Assembly: GCA_013811805.1 (NCBI GenBank)
Contig: JACCUM010000232.1
Location: forward strand, 1 to 37,392
Source: Geodermatophilaceae bacterium
Lineage (GTDB): Bacteria; Actinomycetota; Actinomycetes; Mycobacteriales; Geodermatophilaceae
Direction of reading: 5' to 3'
Length of the DNA: 37,392 nucleotides
Shown: piece by piece, positions 9,544 through 18,335 of the stretch
Numbering within the stretch: position 1 is the stretch's first letter
Layout of the letters: each line of letters begins with the position of its first letter
Translations under genes and position numbers: made by a program
The notes under the pieces: generated by a model
Databases searched by the model: none
What the model was told of the DNA's origin: nothing
The model's input: only the letters and a program-made list of their open reading frames with translations

Positions 9544-11412
9544 ATGTGCGGCATCATCGGCTACGTCGGGGCGTCGTCAGCGGAGGACGTCGTTCTCGCG
9601 GGACTTCGGCGCATGGAGTACCGCGGATACGACTCTGCCGGCATCGCGCTGGTGACCGCCGACGGGCTGGCCATCGCCAAGAAGGCGGGCAAACTGGCGA
9701 ACCTGGAGAAGGTGCTCGCCGATCAGCCGCTTCCGCCGGCCACCACCGGAGTGGGTCACACCCGCTGGGCCACACACGGGCCACCCGTCGATCGCAACGC
9801 GCACCCGCACATCTCGGACGATGGCAAGGTCGCAGTCGTCCACAACGGCATCATCGAGAACTTCGCGGCGCTGCGCAGTGAACTCGAACGCCAGGGAGTC
9901 GAGTTGTCCTCCGACACCGACACCGAGGTCGTCGCGCACCTGCTGGCCGGTGCTTACGACTCGTCGACCGAACCTGCCACCGATCGGTTCGCTGCCGCCA
10001 TGCGCGCAGTGTGTCTCCGGCTCGAAGGCGCCTTCACTCTCGTGGCCATCCACACCGACCACCCCGGGCAAGTCGTCGGCGCCCGGCGCAACAGCCCACT
10101 CGTGGCCGGGATCGGAGAGGGGGCCGGGGAGTATTTCCTCGGCAGTGACGTGTCGGCCTTCATCGCGCACACCCGGGACGCCCTCGAACTCGGCCAAGAC
10201 CAAGTTGTCACCCTTGATGTGGAGCACGGGATCGCAGTCACGGACCTCGCGGGTACGTCGCTGCAGCCCAGGCGCTTTCATGTCGATTGGAGCGCTGCCG
10301 CCGCAGAAAAGGGTGGATACCCATGGTTCATGCTCAAGGAGATCGACGAGCAGCCGGCCGCCATCGCCGACACCCTGCGCGGCCGGCTGGCCGACACCGG
10401 CCAGATAGTTCTCGACGAGGTACGGCTCTCCGACGAGGATCTCCGCGATATCGACAAGGTCTTCATCGTCGCCTGCGGAACGTCCAATCACGCCGCGATG
10501 GTGTCGAAGTACGCGATCGAGCACTGGACTCGGTTGCCCTGCGAGGTCGAGCTTGCCAGTGAGTTCCGCTATCGCGACCCGGTGCTCGACCGCTCGACGT
10601 TGGTGATCGCGATCAGCCAGAGCGGCGAGACCATGGACACGTTGATGGCCTTACGGCACGCCAAGGACCAGCGGGCCCGGGTGCTGGCAATCTGCAATAC
10701 GAACGGATCGACGATCCCCCGGGAGTCCGACGCGGTCCTCTACACCCGCGCCGGACCCGAGGTCGCGGTCGCGTCGACGAAAGCCTTCCTGGCTCAGCTG
10801 GCCGCCTGTTATCTCGTCGCGCTCTACCTCGCCCAAGCCCGTGGGACCAAGTATGCCGACGAGATCGCCACTATCGTCGCCCAGCTGAACAAGCTCCCCG
10901 ACGCCGTCGCCGAGACCCTCGGCCGGATGGACCAGGTACGTGCGATCGGACGGGAGCTGGCAAAGGAGCCGACCATCCTGTTCGTCGGTCGGCACGTCGG
11001 TTACCCCGTGGCCCTCGAGGGAGCGCTGAAGCTCAAGGAACTCGCCTATATCCACGCCGAAGGATTCGCGGCGGGCGAACTGAAGCACGGCTACATCTCG
11101 CTCATCGAGCAGGGCACTCCCGTAGTGGCGGTGGTTCCCGCACGAGGCCGAAACAGCGTGCACAGCAAAGTCATCAGCAACATCCAGGAGATTCGTGCGC
11201 GCGGTGCGAAGACCATCGTGATCGCCGCCGACGGTGACGACGAAGTTGCGCCGTACGCCGATCACCTGATCCACGTCCCGAAGACACCGACCCTGCTGGC
11301 CCCCGTGCTGACGACTATCCCCATGCAGGTTCTCGCCTGCGAGATCGCCGACACCCGAGGCTTGGACGTCGACCAACCACGCAATCTGGCCAAGTCCGTC
11401 ACGGTCGAGTAG
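9544..11412 (+). CDS. glmS: Glutamine--fructose-6-phosphate aminotransferase (isomerizing)
   Basis: [10 protein letters not shown]-terminal nucleophile, HTRWATHG, two SIS domains ([11 protein letters not shown]) and the C-terminal NLAKSVTVE. Start at ATG 9544. Confidence 0.97.
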   Translation: MCGIIGYVGASSAEDVVLAGLRRMEYRGYDSAGIALVTADGLAIAKKAGKLANLEKVLADQPLPPATTGVGHTRWATHGPPVDRNAHPHISDDGKVAVVHNGIIENFAALRSELERQGVELSSDTDTEVVAHLLAGAYDSSTEPATDRFAAAMRAVCLRLEGAFTLVAIHTDHPGQVVGARRNSPLVAGIGEGAGEYFLGSDVSAFIAHTRDALELGQDQVVTLDVEHGIAVTDLAGTSLQPRRFHVDWSAAAAEKGGYPWFMLKEIDEQPAAIADTLRGRLADTGQIVLDEVRLSDEDLRDIDKVFIVACGTSNHAAMVSKYAIEHWTRLPCEVELASEFRYRDPVLDRSTLVIAISQSGETMDTLMALRHAKDQRARVLAICNTNGSTIPRESDAVLYTRAGPEVAVASTKAFLAQLAACYLVALYLAQARGTKYADEIATIVAQLNKLPDAVAETLGRMDQVRAIGRELAKEPTILFVGRHVGYPVALEGALKLKELAYIHAEGFAAGELKHGYISLIEQGTPVVAVVPARGRNSVHSKVISNIQEIRARGAKTIVIAADGDDEVAPYADHLIHVPKTPTLLAPVLTTIPMQVLACEIADTRGLDVDQPRNLAKSVTVE

Positions 11413-11452
11413 CCCTCGCTCTCATGCCGCGAGTGCCCGCAACAACCGCCCC

Positions 11453-11833
11453 GTGATCGTCGGGGTCGGTATCGACGTCGTACCCGTCGAGCGATTCGAC
11501 CGCGCGCTGATCCGTACGCCGAGCATGCGCGCCAAGTTGTTCACCGAGGTCGAGCAGACCAGCGCCTCCGGGCGGCCCCGGCACGCCGAATCTCTGGCGG
11601 CCCGCTTCGCGGCGAAGGAGGCACTGGCCAAGGCCCTCGGCGCTCCCGGCGGCCTGGCGTGGACCGACGCCGAGGTGCATACCGACGACAACGGCGATCC
11701 CCGCCTGAAGGTCACCGGGACGGTGGCTGCTCGGGCCGCAGCACTCGGTGTGACCCGGCTGCACCTGTCCATGTCACATGACGGGGGAATCGCATCGGCG
11801 GTGGTCATCGCCGAGGGTGAGCCGTCGCCGTGA
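11453..11833 (+). CDS. acpS: Holo-[acyl-carrier-protein] synthase
   Basis: [15 protein letters not shown]...[16 protein letters not shown]...[17 protein letters not shown]. Confidence 0.9.
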   Translation: MIVGVGIDVVPVERFDRALIRTPSMRAKLFTEVEQTSASGRPRHAESLAARFAAKEALAKALGAPGGLAWTDAEVHTDDNGDPRLKVTGTVAARAAALGVTRLHLSMSHDGGIASAVVIAEGEPSP

Positions 11834-11858
11834 CCCGTTGTCCGGTGAAGCGGGGTCT

Positions 11859-13310
11859 GTGCGCGTGATCGGTCTGTACGAGGTGGCCGCGGTGCGTGCG
11901 GCCGAGCAGGCGCTGTGGCGCACGGTGCCTGAGGGCGCGCTGATGGATCGCGCCGCCGCGGGGCTTGCGGCGTACTGCACTCGGTGGCTCCGACGGGCCT
12001 ACGGCGCGCGGGTGGTGGTCCTGGTCGGCGCCGGTGACAACGGCGGCGACGCCCTGTTGGCTGCCGCACACCTGGCCCGCCGTGGTGCCGCTGTGGTCGC
12101 GGTGGCGCTGCAAGTGGATCGGTTGCACGCGCGCGGCGCCGCGGCGTTGCGACGTGTCGGCGGACAGGTTCGCCCACTGGATACCATCTCCGATCTGAAA
12201 GCTCTTGTCGGGCAAGCCGAATTGATTCTCGACGGGATCGTCGGTATCGGGACGACCGGTGAACTCCGGGCCCCGGCCGACGAGGTGGTCGAGGCGGCCA
12301 ACGACGCACCCGGCCTTCGGGTGGCGGTGGATGTGCCCAGCGGCGTACATCCCGACACCGGCGTCGTGGATGGACCGGCGTTCCGAGCCGACCGAACCGT
12401 GACGTTCGGGGCGACCAAACTCGGCCTGACCGTCGGCAGGGGCCGCGAACACGTCGGCGAGCTCGAGGTTCTGGACCTCGGGTTGGCTCCCCATCTCCCC
12501 GAACCGACAGCGTTGCAGCTGACCGACGGTGATGTTGCGGGTCTCCTGCCGCGGGCGGGCCACGTCGACGACAAGTACAGCGGCGGCATTCTGGGTGTTG
12601 CCGCCGGATCGGCTGAATACCCGGGCGCGGCCGTGCTCAGCGTCGGAGGCGCCCTGCGGATGCGATCGAGCCTGGTCCGGTACATCGGACCCGCGGCCTA
12701 CGGCGTGAGCGGCGCGTGGCCGGAGGCGGTGAGCGCCGATGCGGCGCCGACCGACGCCGGCCGGGTCCAGGCCTGGGCGGTCGGTCCGGGTCTGGGACGC
12801 GACAAGCGTGCCGCACAGGTGCTCACCGACGTGCTGCGGATGGACGTACCCGCGGTCGTGGATGCCGACGGTCTGCGCCTGCTGGCGCGGCGCCGGGAGC
12901 TGCTACAGCGTCGATCGTCGGTGACGGTGCTGACGCCGCACGACCGGGAGTTCGAGGACTTCGGCGTACCCCTCGGCGCCGATCGGGTGGCTGCGGTGAC
13001 CGAGCTCGCGGCGCGGCTCGGGGTGACCGTGCTGCTCAAGGGCGCCGCCACGATCGTCGTGGAGCCGGACGGGCGCACCTACGTCAATGCGACGGGCACC
13101 CCGGCCCTGGCCACGGCCGGAACGGGAGACGTGTTGACCGGCATGATCGGGTCCCTGCTCGCTGCGGGCATGGCCCCGGGCCTGGCCGCCGCTGTGGGCG
13201 CATATGTGCACGGCCGCGCCGGCCAGATCGCCGCGCGCGGGGGAGCGCTCCTGGCCACCGATCTGATCGCCGCGATTCCGGCTGCACGCGACAGCGTGGC
13301 GCCTGACTGA
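11859..13310 (+). CDS. nnr: Bifunctional NAD(P)H-hydrate repair enzyme Nnr (epimerase/ADP-dependent dehydratase, YjeF family)
   Basis: N-terminal YjeF_N domain (VVVLVGAGDNGGDALLAAAHL) and C-terminal carbohydrate-kinase domain (KYSGGILGVAAGSAEYPGAAVL, GPGLGRD, TPHDREF, LLKGAATIV, GTGDVLTGMIG). The start is uncertain: GTG 11817, TTG 11838, GTG 11859 and GTG 11865 are all in frame. Confidence 0.9.
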   Translation: MRVIGLYEVAAVRAAEQALWRTVPEGALMDRAAAGLAAYCTRWLRRAYGARVVVLVGAGDNGGDALLAAAHLARRGAAVVAVALQVDRLHARGAAALRRVGGQVRPLDTISDLKALVGQAELILDGIVGIGTTGELRAPADEVVEAANDAPGLRVAVDVPSGVHPDTGVVDGPAFRADRTVTFGATKLGLTVGRGREHVGELEVLDLGLAPHLPEPTALQLTDGDVAGLLPRAGHVDDKYSGGILGVAAGSAEYPGAAVLSVGGALRMRSSLVRYIGPAAYGVSGAWPEAVSADAAPTDAGRVQAWAVGPGLGRDKRAAQVLTDVLRMDVPAVVDADGLRLLARRRELLQRRSSVTVLTPHDREFEDFGVPLGADRVAAVTELAARLGVTVLLKGAATIVVEPDGRTYVNATGTPALATAGTGDVLTGMIGSLLAAGMAPGLAAAVGAYVHGRAGQIAARGGALLATDLIAAIPAARDSVAPD

Positions 13311-13380
13311 GCGCGGCGCCCGGTTTGCCCCGCTTCCGGTCACCAGGGCTGCCATCGATCAGATCTCGACGGTCGGCGGG

Positions 13381-13728
13381 ATGGTGCGGATCGATATCGA
13401 GGAGGGCGGTTGCTGCGGTTCGACCTGGGTGTTCAGCCAAGCTGAACCAGCGTCATCCGACCAGGTGTTCGGCTGCCCCGGTGCCCTCCTCGCTGTGAGC
13501 GCGGCTGCGCTTGCACTCCTGGCCGAGGCGCGCCTCGACTACGGCGCAAAGCTGAAGCCACCCCGGTACCGGGTGTTGGGTACGCCGGGCGAGCGCTGCC
13601 CGTGCCGCCGGTCCTTCGGTCACCCGTGGCCCGGTCCGGGCCAACCGGACTGCCGTGCTGTTCACACCAATGCCCTGGGATGTTGCGAGAGGAGCCGGGG
13701 GAGCCTCGGCGTGATCGCGGAGCAGTGA
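13381..13728 (+). CDS. IscA/HesB-like (A-type Fe-S carrier fold) protein with a Cys-Cys motif; start codon problematic and possibly decayed
   Basis: VRIDIEEGGCCGSTWVFS...DQVFGCPGALLAVSAAALALLAEARLDYG...PPRYRVLGTPGERCPCRRSF aligns by eye to the IscA/HesB pattern (LRIxVxxGGCSGFxY...DxVFExxGVxVVVDxxSLxxLxGAxIDY...NPNAxxxCGCGxSF). Homologous sequence (PLPVTRAAIDQISTVGG) continues in frame upstream of ATG 13381. Back to the TGA at 13264 there is no ATG, GTG or TTG, only CTG 13303. The 3' tail overlaps a minus-strand ORF. Confidence 0.5.
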   Translation: MVRIDIEEGGCCGSTWVFSQAEPASSDQVFGCPGALLAVSAAALALLAEARLDYGAKLKPPRYRVLGTPGERCPCRRSFGHPWPGPGQPDCRAVHTNALGCCERSRGSLGVIAEQ

Positions 13729-13799
13729 TGTGCGGATATCTGCAGTTTCGGCCGTAATTCTGCCGGTTCCCGCACATTGCCGAGGGCCCACCCGCCGAC

Positions 13800-14214
13800 T
13801 CAAGGCGGGGACGGTCCAGGCGTGGTCGGGGATCACTCGGATCGCCACCGTGTAGGTGCTCGTGAAGTGCTCGGCCGTCATTCCGATCGCCTCCAACAGT
13901 CCTGCGTACTTGTCCTGCAACTCCGGCAGTGTGTCGGCCGACGGTGCGTCCGGCGCGAGCTCGGCAGGACCGGCGAGCACGACCGCATCGCCGCCGAGCG
14001 CATCGAAATTGAAGTTCAGCGTCACTCGATCGTTGGCCGTGATGTGCCGCAGCTTCGCTGCCCCCGGTTGGCTGTAGATCAGAGCGCCGCCATCAGTCCA
14101 GAGGAACCAGACCAGCCGGGGCGCCGGGCGGCCGCTGGGCGTCACGGTGGTCAGCCAGACGAGCGTGTCCTAGGTGAGCCGGCGGCGGACCTGCGCTGTC
14201 ATCTCGAATGCCAT
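13800..14214 (-). pseudogene. PPOX-class (pyridoxamine 5'-phosphate oxidase-like, probable F420-dependent) enzyme interrupted by an in-frame TAG at codon 15
   Basis: The minus strand from ATG 14214 reads MAFEMTAQVRRRLT*DTLVWLTTVTPSGRPAPRLVWFLWTDGGALIYSQPGAAKLRHITANDRVTLNF...TYTVAIRVIPDHAW. TAG lies at 14172-14170, where a GAG (Glu) would fit the xxWLTTV family pattern. The tracked ORF restarts at GTG 14145. The frame stays open far beyond the expected C-terminus (about 13800) down to 13453, so the 3' end is also uncertain. Confidence 0.6.
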
Positions 14215-14313
14215 GGGTTCCACCTGCCCCTCGCGGTCGATCGGAGCGGGCCGGTGCAGCGCCTGTGCGCACACCTCCGCGGCGTCGCGGTCGAGGGTGG
14301 GAAGCTGGGCCGG

Positions 14314-15483
14314 ATGCACACCACGCCTGATCGCAACCGTGCCGAGATCGTGGTCGATCTCGATGCGATCGCGGACAACGTCGCCACGCTCAAGTCCCGC
14401 GCCGACTGCCCGTTGATGGCGGTGGTCAAGGCCGATGGGTACGGACACGGCCTGGTGCCGAGCGCACGCGCGGCGGTGCGGGGCGGCGCGGACACCCTGG
14501 GTGTAACGGTCATCGAGGAAGCCTTGGCTCTGCGCCGGGCCGGCATCGGCGTCCCTATTCTGGCTTGGTTGACCGGCAGCGGCGAGGACTTGACCGAGGC
14601 ATTGACCCAGGACGTCGAGTTGTCGGCCGCCTCGATCTGGATGCTCGAGGAGATCGCCGAGGCCGGGCAGGCGTGCGGCCACGTGGCGCGGGTGCACCTC
14701 AAGGTCGACACCGGCCTCTCGCGCGGTGGCGCACACATGTCCGACTGGCCGGATCTCGTAGCCGCGGCCGCCGCCGCCCAGGAGGTCGGGCAGCTGAAGG
14801 TAGGCGGAATCTGGACGCATCTGGCCTATGCGGACACTCCCGGCCACTCCACCATCACCGCCCAACTTGCGGCCTTCGACGACGCCGTACGGATCGCTGC
14901 TCGGGACGGCCTGGGCGATGTGCCCAAGCACGTGGCCAACTCCGCAGCGACGCTCACCCTGCCGGATGCCCACTACGACATGGTCCGGCCCGGGATCGCG
15001 GTCTATGGGCTGGACCCGATGGGCGGCGACCCTGCGGCGTACGGACTGCGGCCGGCGATGACGGTTCAGGCCGCGGTGACGCTGGTGAAGCGGGTCCCCG
15101 CGGGGTCCGGTGTCTCGTACGGCCATGAGTACACGACGTCAAAGCCGAGCACTCTCGCGCTGATCCCGGTCGGGTACGCCGACGGGGTTCCGCGTAACGC
15201 GACGAATGTCGGGCCGGTCTGGTTGGCGGGGGCCCGACGCACGATCGCCGGTCGGGTGTGCATGGACCAGTTCGTCGTCGACGTGGGGGATGACCCCGTA
15301 CAGGCCGGCGAGACTGCTGTGCTGTGGGGACCGGGCACGGCCGGGGAGCCCACTGCTCAGGACTGGGCCACCGCGTTGCACACGATCCACTATGAACTCG
15401 TCTCCCGGGTCGGCGGTCGCCTGGCGCGTCGTTATCTGAGCTCGGTTCCGGAGGAAGTCCCGGACCCGGCTTCGCGCCCGTGA
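14314..15483 (+). CDS. alr: Alanine racemase
   Basis: MHTTPDRNRAEIVVDLDAIADNV..., the PLP-lysine motif AVVKADGYGHG, and the C-terminal YELVSRVGGRLAR. Start at ATG 14314. The tracked ORF start at 13777 is a GC-driven upstream extension. Confidence 0.93.
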   Translation: MHTTPDRNRAEIVVDLDAIADNVATLKSRADCPLMAVVKADGYGHGLVPSARAAVRGGADTLGVTVIEEALALRRAGIGVPILAWLTGSGEDLTEALTQDVELSAASIWMLEEIAEAGQACGHVARVHLKVDTGLSRGGAHMSDWPDLVAAAAAAQEVGQLKVGGIWTHLAYADTPGHSTITAQLAAFDDAVRIAARDGLGDVPKHVANSAATLTLPDAHYDMVRPGIAVYGLDPMGGDPAAYGLRPAMTVQAAVTLVKRVPAGSGVSYGHEYTTSKPSTLALIPVGYADGVPRNATNVGPVWLAGARRTIAGRVCMDQFVVDVGDDPVQAGETAVLWGPGTAGEPTAQDWATALHTIHYELVSRVGGRLARRYLSSVPEEVPDPASRP

Positions 15484-16598
15484 GCGGCCCCGAGCCCGGA
15501 TCCAGCGCAGGGCCGGGCGCGTTGGAGGTGCTGAGCGGTGCCGCCGTCGGACTGGTCGCCGTCGGAGCCACAGCTACCGTTCTCGCGCGCCGGATCGCAG
15601 CCTTCCGGCAACGCGACGCCCGGGCCGACACGATCTTCGGTCGTGAGAACCGCACGCCGCGAGATGTCGTGCACACCGATGACGGAATCCCACTGCATGT
15701 GGAACAGATCGGACCCGACGACGCCACCCTGACTGTGATCTTCATCCACGGATACACGCTGACCAGCGGCTCCTGGTACTACCAGCGGCATGAGTTCGCC
15801 CCGCTCGGCGGACCCGCGCTGCGGCTGCTCCTCTATGACCAACGCGGCCATGGTGCCTCGGGCTGGGGTAACCCCGAGCGGGCGACCATCGACCAGATCG
15901 CCGACGACCTCGCCCGGGTCATCGACGAGCGGGTGCCAACCGGCCGCATCGCCCTGGTCGGTCATTCCATGGGTGGGATGGCGATCATGGGTCTGGCCGA
16001 GCGACGGCCGGAGCTCTTCGGCCCTCGGGTTGTCGGTGTCGCGCTCATCTCCACCTCCACCGGCAACCTCGCCTCGGTGGGTTTCGGTATGCCGCAAGCA
16101 ATTACCGGCTTGAGTACGGCCGTGCTACCGGTGCTCGCCAAACTCGCGAGGAGGCGACCGGCCGTTGCCGAGCGCACCCGGCGGGTCGGCAAGGACGTCG
16201 CGTTCGTGGTCACGAAGTGGATGAGCTTCTCCGGACGCGACGTCACTCCCGGCCTGGCATCGTTCGTGGACAGGATGATCGCCTCCACTCCGGTCGACGT
16301 GATCGGTGCCTTTTATCCGTCCTTGGCCGGAATGGACAACTCTGGTGTCCTGGGCCCGCTCGAGAGCGTGGCCACGCTGATCCTGTGTGGTGACGATGAT
16401 CGGACGACGCCCAAGGCACACAGCGAACTGCTGGCCGAGAAACTGCCGGGCAGTGAACTGGTCATCGTGGCCGATGCCGGCCACCTGGCCCTGATGGAAC
16501 GCCCGGACGCGGTCAACGAGCACCTGAAGGCCTTCTTCCGGCGCTGCGCGCACCGCTCACCGCGTGCCCCGCTGGAGGTCCGGGTTGGCGACACCTGA
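15480..16598 (+). CDS. Alpha/beta-fold hydrolase (membrane-anchored N-terminus), unknown substrate
   Basis: One N-terminal TM segment, an IFIHGY oxyanion region and the nucleophile elbow VGHSMGG, followed by DD and GH (ADAGHLALMERPD). GTG 15480 overlaps the alr stop (GTGA). Confidence 0.85.
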   Translation: MSGPEPGSSAGPGALEVLSGAAVGLVAVGATATVLARRIAAFRQRDARADTIFGRENRTPRDVVHTDDGIPLHVEQIGPDDATLTVIFIHGYTLTSGSWYYQRHEFAPLGGPALRLLLYDQRGHGASGWGNPERATIDQIADDLARVIDERVPTGRIALVGHSMGGMAIMGLAERRPELFGPRVVGVALISTSTGNLASVGFGMPQAITGLSTAVLPVLAKLARRRPAVAERTRRVGKDVAFVVTKWMSFSGRDVTPGLASFVDRMIASTPVDVIGAFYPSLAGMDNSGVLGPLESVATLILCGDDDRTTPKAHSELLAEKLPGSELVIVADAGHLALMERPDAVNEHLKAFFRRCAHRSPRAPLEVRVGDT

Positions 16599-17082
16599 CA
16601 GCCTCGTCGTCAGCCTGCCGACCGCTGCCGACACGTACCGGCTCGGTCGGGATCGACTGGCACCGCTGCTCGAACCAGGTGACCTGATCATCGCCAGTGG
16701 GCCGCTGGGCGTCGGGAAGACCGCGCTGGTCCAGGGGATCGGAGCTGGGCTACAGGTGGACGGGCCGGTGCTCTCGCCCACGTTCGTGATCGCCCGCGTT
16801 CACCGTGGTGGACGAATCCCGCTGGTTCATGTCGACGCCTATCGGCTCGACTCGATCCGGGAGATCGACGACCTCGACCTGGATTCCGATCTCGCTCAGT
16901 CGGTTACGGCGGTCGAATGGGGACAGGGCCTGGTCGAGCACCTGACCGACGGGCACCTACTGATCGAGCTCAGCCTGCAGCCAGGCAATCAGGCAGGGGC
17001 AGGCAGTGAGCCCCGCACCGCCACGCTGACCGCCGGGGGCCCGGGTTGGCACCGCCGACTTTCCGCGATCATGGAGCTGTGA
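16564..17082 (+). CDS. tsaE: tRNA t6A37 biosynthesis ATPase TsaE
   Basis: Walker A SGPLGVGKTALVQGI, SPTFVI, HVDAYRL and EW. The start is ambiguous (GTG 16564 or TTG 16585), and both overlap the hydrolase 3' end. Confidence 0.9.
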   Translation: MPRWRSGLATPDSLVVSLPTAADTYRLGRDRLAPLLEPGDLIIASGPLGVGKTALVQGIGAGLQVDGPVLSPTFVIARVHRGGRIPLVHVDAYRLDSIREIDDLDLDSDLAQSVTAVEWGQGLVEHLTDGHLLIELSLQPGNQAGAGSEPRTATLTAGGPGWHRRLSAIMEL

Positions 17083-17126
17083 CCAGTCTGCGTCGGCGTG
17101 TTGTGGTCACAGCTCCATGATCGCGG
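17063..17126. repeat. Perfect 23-bp inverted repeat with an 18-nt loop, spanning the tsaE stop codon and the tsaE-tsaB spacer
   Basis: CCGCGATCATGGAGCTGTGACCA (17063-17085) is the exact reverse complement of TGGTCACAGCTCCATGATCGCGG (17104-17126). The left arm is the last 18 coding nt of tsaE, its stop codon and 3 further nt. The right arm ends 31 nt before the tsaB GTG. Confidence 0.95.
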
Positions 17127-17157
17127 GTGGCTTTGGGCTGTTGCCTAGGGTGGCTGG

Positions 17158-17877
17158 GTGCTTGTTCTGGCTCTCGATACCGCTACCCCGACGGTCGTGC
17201 TTGGCGTCGTCGAGATCCCGTCGCCGGCCGAGTCGGGCTGGTACGGGCTTGGCTTACGGGCGGCCAGGAGCGTCCCGAGCGGCAACCGGCATGCGGAGAC
17301 CCTAGGGGCACGGATCCCCGACGTTCTGGACGAGGGCGGGATCGGCATGACCGACTTGTCCGCCATCGTTGCCGGTCTCGGTCCGGGACCGTTCACCGGA
17401 CTACGGGTCGGGGTGGTCACGGCGGCAGCTCTCGGCGACGCCCTGGGCGTACCGGCGTACGGGGTGTGCACCCACGACGCCATCGCAATCATGCACAAAG
17501 CCCTCGCCGGCTCGGTGCCCGACGGGACAATCGTGCCCGCCCAGGGATTCGCTGTCGTGACCGACGCCCGCAGGAAGGAGTGCTACTGGGCCGACTACGA
17601 CTCCTCGGGGATCCGGATCAGCGGGCCACATGTCGAGCGGCCGGCTGACGTTGTGGCCCGGCCGAATTGGCGCCGTCACGGGTTGGTGATCGGCGATTCC
17701 ACCTTCTCCGAAGCGCTCGAAACCGAAGTCGTGCCCGCAGAGCCGGACCCGATGGGCCTGGTGCTCGCGGCTGGCGGACTGACCGCCGGTGAGCTTCCGG
17801 GACCGATCGAGCCGCTGTACCTGCGGCGCCCCGACGCGCGACCGCCATCGGCCCGCAAGCTGGTGACACCGCGATGA
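17158..17877 (+). CDS. tsaB: tRNA t6A37 biosynthesis protein TsaB
   Basis: LVLALDTATPTVVLGV, HAETL, and IVAGLGPGPFTGLRVGVVTAAALGDALGVP. Confidence 0.9.
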   Translation: MLVLALDTATPTVVLGVVEIPSPAESGWYGLGLRAARSVPSGNRHAETLGARIPDVLDEGGIGMTDLSAIVAGLGPGPFTGLRVGVVTAAALGDALGVPAYGVCTHDAIAIMHKALAGSVPDGTIVPAQGFAVVTDARRKECYWADYDSSGIRISGPHVERPADVVARPNWRRHGLVIGDSTFSEALETEVVPAEPDPMGLVLAAGGLTAGELPGPIEPLYLRRPDARPPSARKLVTPR

Positions 17878-18335
17878 GCAGCGTCGCGCCACAGCAGAAA
17901 GTTCTGCTGCGCCCCTTGACCATCGCGGATCTCCCGATGGTCATGCTCATCGAGGAGGAGCTCTTCGCGCCGGACATGTGGACCGAGGCGATGCTTCGGG
18001 ACGAGCTGAGTCGTCCACAGAGCCGCTACTACCTGGTGGCCGAAGCCGAGGAGCAGATTGTCGGGTACGCCGGGCTCGTCACCTATCGTGACGAGGGACA
18101 CATCGCGACGCTCGCTGTGCGAAAGACCTTCCAGGGCAACGGTATCGGGGCGCTGCTGCTCGACGCGCTGCTGGCCGAGGCAGACCATAGAGTCAACCGG
18201 GTGCTGCTCGAGGTGCGGGCTGACAACCCAGTGCCGCAACAGCTCTACCGCAGCCGCGGCTTCGCCGAGATCGGCCGACGGCCGAACTACTACCCGTTCA
18301 GTGGCGCCGACGCGGTGGTGATGTCGCGTGGCTGA
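17874..18335 (+). CDS. rimI: Ribosomal-protein-alanine N-acetyltransferase RimI (GNAT)
   Basis: GNAT motif A ([24 protein letters not shown]) and [22 protein letters not shown] 17874 overlaps the tsaB stop (ATGA). The position between tsaB and tsaD is canonical. Confidence 0.88.
   Translation: MSSVAPQQKVLLRPLTIADLPMVMLIEEELFAPDMWTEAMLRDELSRPQSRYYLVAEAEEQIVGYAGLVTYRDEGHIATLAVRKTFQGNGIGALLLDALLAEADHRVNRVLLEVRADNPVPQQLYRSRGFAEIGRRPNYYPFSGADAVVMSRG

Noticed and set aside
14170-14172. The in-frame TAG in the PPOX gene as pyrrolysine or programmed read-through.
   Set aside because: There is no pyl gene context, pyrrolysine is not known in this type of actinobacterial gene, and a GAG-to-TAG point mutation fits the family consensus at that position.
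13777-14313. A 179-codon N-terminal extension of the alr ORF (tracked start 13777).
   Set aside because: It runs antisense through the PPOX gene and has an Arg/Gly-rich composition. Alr homology begins at ATG 14314.
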